Below are positions 61,041 to 64,000 of a stretch of DNA of 64,000 bases, one piece after another. The notes beneath the pieces are model-generated. The model worked only from the letters and a program-made list of their open reading frames with translations, was not told the origin of the DNA and ran no database searches. How positions within the stretch are numbered: the stretch's first letter is position 1; each line of letters opens with the position of its first letter. Made by a program: the position numbers and the translations under genes. The stretch comes from Lingula anatina (taxonomy: Eukaryota > Animalia > Brachiopoda), in the NCBI GenBank assembly GCA_051362555.1, contig CM120641.1, positions 13,764,001 to 13,828,000 on the forward strand. Direction: 5' to 3'.

Positions 61041-64000
61041 GAATCGTATTTTTATTATTATTATTTTTTTATGGTACAACTGTTCTCCAGTAAGGCGACA
61101 TTTTCTCTAACAAATTATATAGCTTAAAAACCAAAAGCACCATTAAGACCCCTAATTTTAGGTGTGTGTGGCGACCATTATGGCCAACAGTGTATAAGAA
61201 ATACGCCTGGCATTTACTACACCTTTCTATACACATATTTATAAGACAAATCACAATAACCCCAATGTAATTTACTCTCATAGCTATGTTAATTCATTCA
61301 GTGCTTAGACTTTTATTTTGTTATCTACGTACACATGTATTTATGTTGGAGAACAACATTTCGTTTAAATACGAAATGAGATGCAACAATACTGTCCGAT
61401 ATAATGTCCCTGTCAATATGACCAGATTAAAGTGATAATGATAATCATGAACATAAGCGGGACGTATCATGTGTAAGATTATTAAAACATATTTAGGTAC
61501 AAACAAAATAACCCCTAAAGATGACGAAGTTTTATCTTGATCACATTATCCTTACGTGCCTTTCCCGTCACGTATCCAAATTTTATGACGTTTTCAAATG
61601 CAAGATGTTGGGGAGACAAAATCGAATATAATATCACCTTATACGATGACGTCTTTCTGGGTATTAATGTTGAGATGCACGTCATTTATTTAATGTCGTC
61701 TTATGAAATGACTTCTCTACTCTGACAAGACCACGGGCTTAAGCATCCAAGCCATTGTTTGACGTCAAGGATTTGGTACAATCGCAATTGAAAGCATAAT
61801 GTTGATGTTTACATGCACTTATCATGGCAAGGCATCAAATGCCTCTGCTCTCATCACTCTCCTTGTTATGTATTCTAGGCAGAAAAAAATTGTTCGTACT
61901 TGAAAACTTAAGTTTATTTACAACAGGCCAGTACCCAAGACTTTTTCACTGCGTAATAAAAGTAAAACTGTGGACTTTACCATGAAGAAAAATAGTAAAC
62001 TGAAATGTTGGAGATCTTTTTCCTTGGTTTTTGACAATGAAGGGCTTTCTCAGTGTGTTAGAATCAATATTGCTTATCCTCAATTGAAAGTAGCCTAACA
62101 AAGTGGGTAGTACTTTCGAAACTAAAGAAGGACCTGACCCGTGTGACAGATGACCAGTAGTTTCCATTATTGAGGAGCAGCTAGTTGCAATCGTGAATTA
62201 CTGGTAAAGTCAGCCTCAAGCGGGGGAAAATTAGGTTTAGGGAGTTGCAATCAATGCAAAATTCGATACTTCGCAAAAAGGTCTCCCTTTTCGTATCTCC
62301 AGGTTCCACAGACAACTGTCCTAGAAATACTGGCACATAAAATAAATGACTTAAGTGTCTTCTCGTATAACCTTTAGAGAATTATCAATCTTGCTGTAGT
62401 TAACTTCTGTCGCGTTTAGCATCGATTGCCAAACAACGAATCTGTTTCATGACGGGCAGTTCCAGACTCGAAATCTGACACTGGTGTCACATATGTACGT
62501 GGTAATCTCAGATTATTGTTTACGTCGTATCCAAGTTAGTCATTACCTAACAACGTAAGCAAAAATAAAAACTGTCAAGACTTTGTTGACAAAATCACAT
62601 TGAATTCAGATTGTATGGTCCTCTTTGTTTTTTTTCCAAGGAAAACGACTCGTGTTTTCTTCATGTTTCAGCTTTTAATCTCAGGTATTGAAGGCAAAGG
62701 TTCATTTTGCCAGATTTATAATTGAAATAGGTTGAAAACAGCAGCATAATTTTGATGAGCATTATTCAGAATACCTAGACACCTAAATGATTTCGGTAGA
62801 TGTTCAATGCGCATTTTTTCTCTATCTTGTACGTCAAAACCGACTTACAATCATCAAGAAAGAATCAAATGGACAAGTTAATTCCATCAAAATACGATTT
62901 ACGACCGTTCACTTTCCGTATTCCTGGAACGTTATTTACACTGGTTGCATTAATACCTATTAATATCAACCATGTGTATAGGTTAGGCCTCATTTGACTG
63001 CGCATTTGGTCCTGGCTAGGGGAGCAATAAAAATTGGCAACATTAAGAAGCAAAATTACAAAATGTTAATGTTTAACTAATATCGCTAAGAACCGCTCCA
63101 AATTTTTATCCCAGACATCTTCATTAGTTTCACAGAATTTAGTGTTTCGTCTAACTTGGGCAGGACTCATTACACTGTAGAATCACTCCTTTTCTAACAA
63201 CATATTTGCAATATTCTAAGGCTAAATGTTATCATAATAGAATTTATTTGATAAATCTAAATATTCTGATTAGTTTCACATGTAACAACTTTATATTCTC
63301 GTCTTAGTGTTGAAATTACTTCCAGGGCCTGCGTTCAAACACATTTGTCCTTGAAAACGGAGCGTCTGCCTGGAAAGCCATTCGGCAGTATGATGTTTGA
63401 ATGATTTACAAAATGAGCCAATTATCAATAAGGATAAAACTAAATACTCTTCAATATCGACGCAGTTATCCCCAGGCAGCAATCACATGCACTTAAACCT
63501 GGACATCAGTTGGAGTTGGTCTCTTTGGCAGGTTATTGACACGCTAAAAAAAAAAAAAAAAACAGCCTTTGCCAAGAAATTGCACTTTATCAATGAAGGC
63601 AATTATATTGGCTTTGGTTCCGTGGTACGTCCTTTTCATCTTTTTAATCAACCTTCATCATATGGGATTTACTGACAGATGTATCGGAATTTCGTCCTAC
63701 CGACCATGGCATGTTTGTGCCTGCACGTGAAATATTTTCTACGAAAATTTGCGCCACAAAGATATGAGTAAATAAGTAATTACTCCATATTACTATACAT
63801 CCAATAAACTACTGGTTTCTACGATCTAAATGTTGCCAAGTAATTCGAGTTTATGGGGTAAGCAATGAATATGAATTCTAACACAAAATGGGTTTATACA
63901 AATGAAGGCAACCCTTTAAAACAGCTGTTGTCCAAAGGTCAAAGCGCTGAGCTAAGACGAATCACGATTTCTACACGTATGGAAATGTACAGTACAGAAA

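Noticed and set aside
56700-64000. Additional genes in the distal region
   Set aside because: Only short ORFs without recognisable motifs or consistent splice phases. Small exons cannot be excluded without RNA data.

Overview
AT-rich, intron-containing animal DNA, most likely a mollusc or other lophotrochozoan (inferred from the repeat types and the gene-body CpG pattern). It is not prokaryotic: there is no CRISPR array, operon or rRNA/tRNA. The first ~48 kb is a compact housekeeping cluster whose exons I reconstructed by hand from GT-AG sites and reading frame. In order: the 25-nt first coding exon of CNOT3 (-), head-to-head with CEP131/AZI1 (+); HID1 (-), convergent with CEP131; and DDX47 (-), head-to-head with PHF5A (+). 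The last ~15 kb looks CpG-richer and holds a single-coding-exon GPRIN/GRIN_C-domain gene and a decayed Tc1 transposase fragment. The most striking non-gene structure is four ~1.8-2.2 kb copies of a Helentron-associated (HINE/DINE-1-like) element carrying internal ~159-bp satellite units. The three intronic copies are sense to their host gene, one copy has a natural empty-site control beside it, and one has a re-copied 5' end inside it. Also present: nested PIF/Harbinger-type MITEs, a 623-bp foldback element with an 8-bp TSD in DDX47 intron 1, a hAT-like element and an RTE LINE tail. I find no unambiguous new multi-gene system. The best leads are the HINE family, the invertebrate GPRIN-like protein and a few candidate splicing or translation control features.
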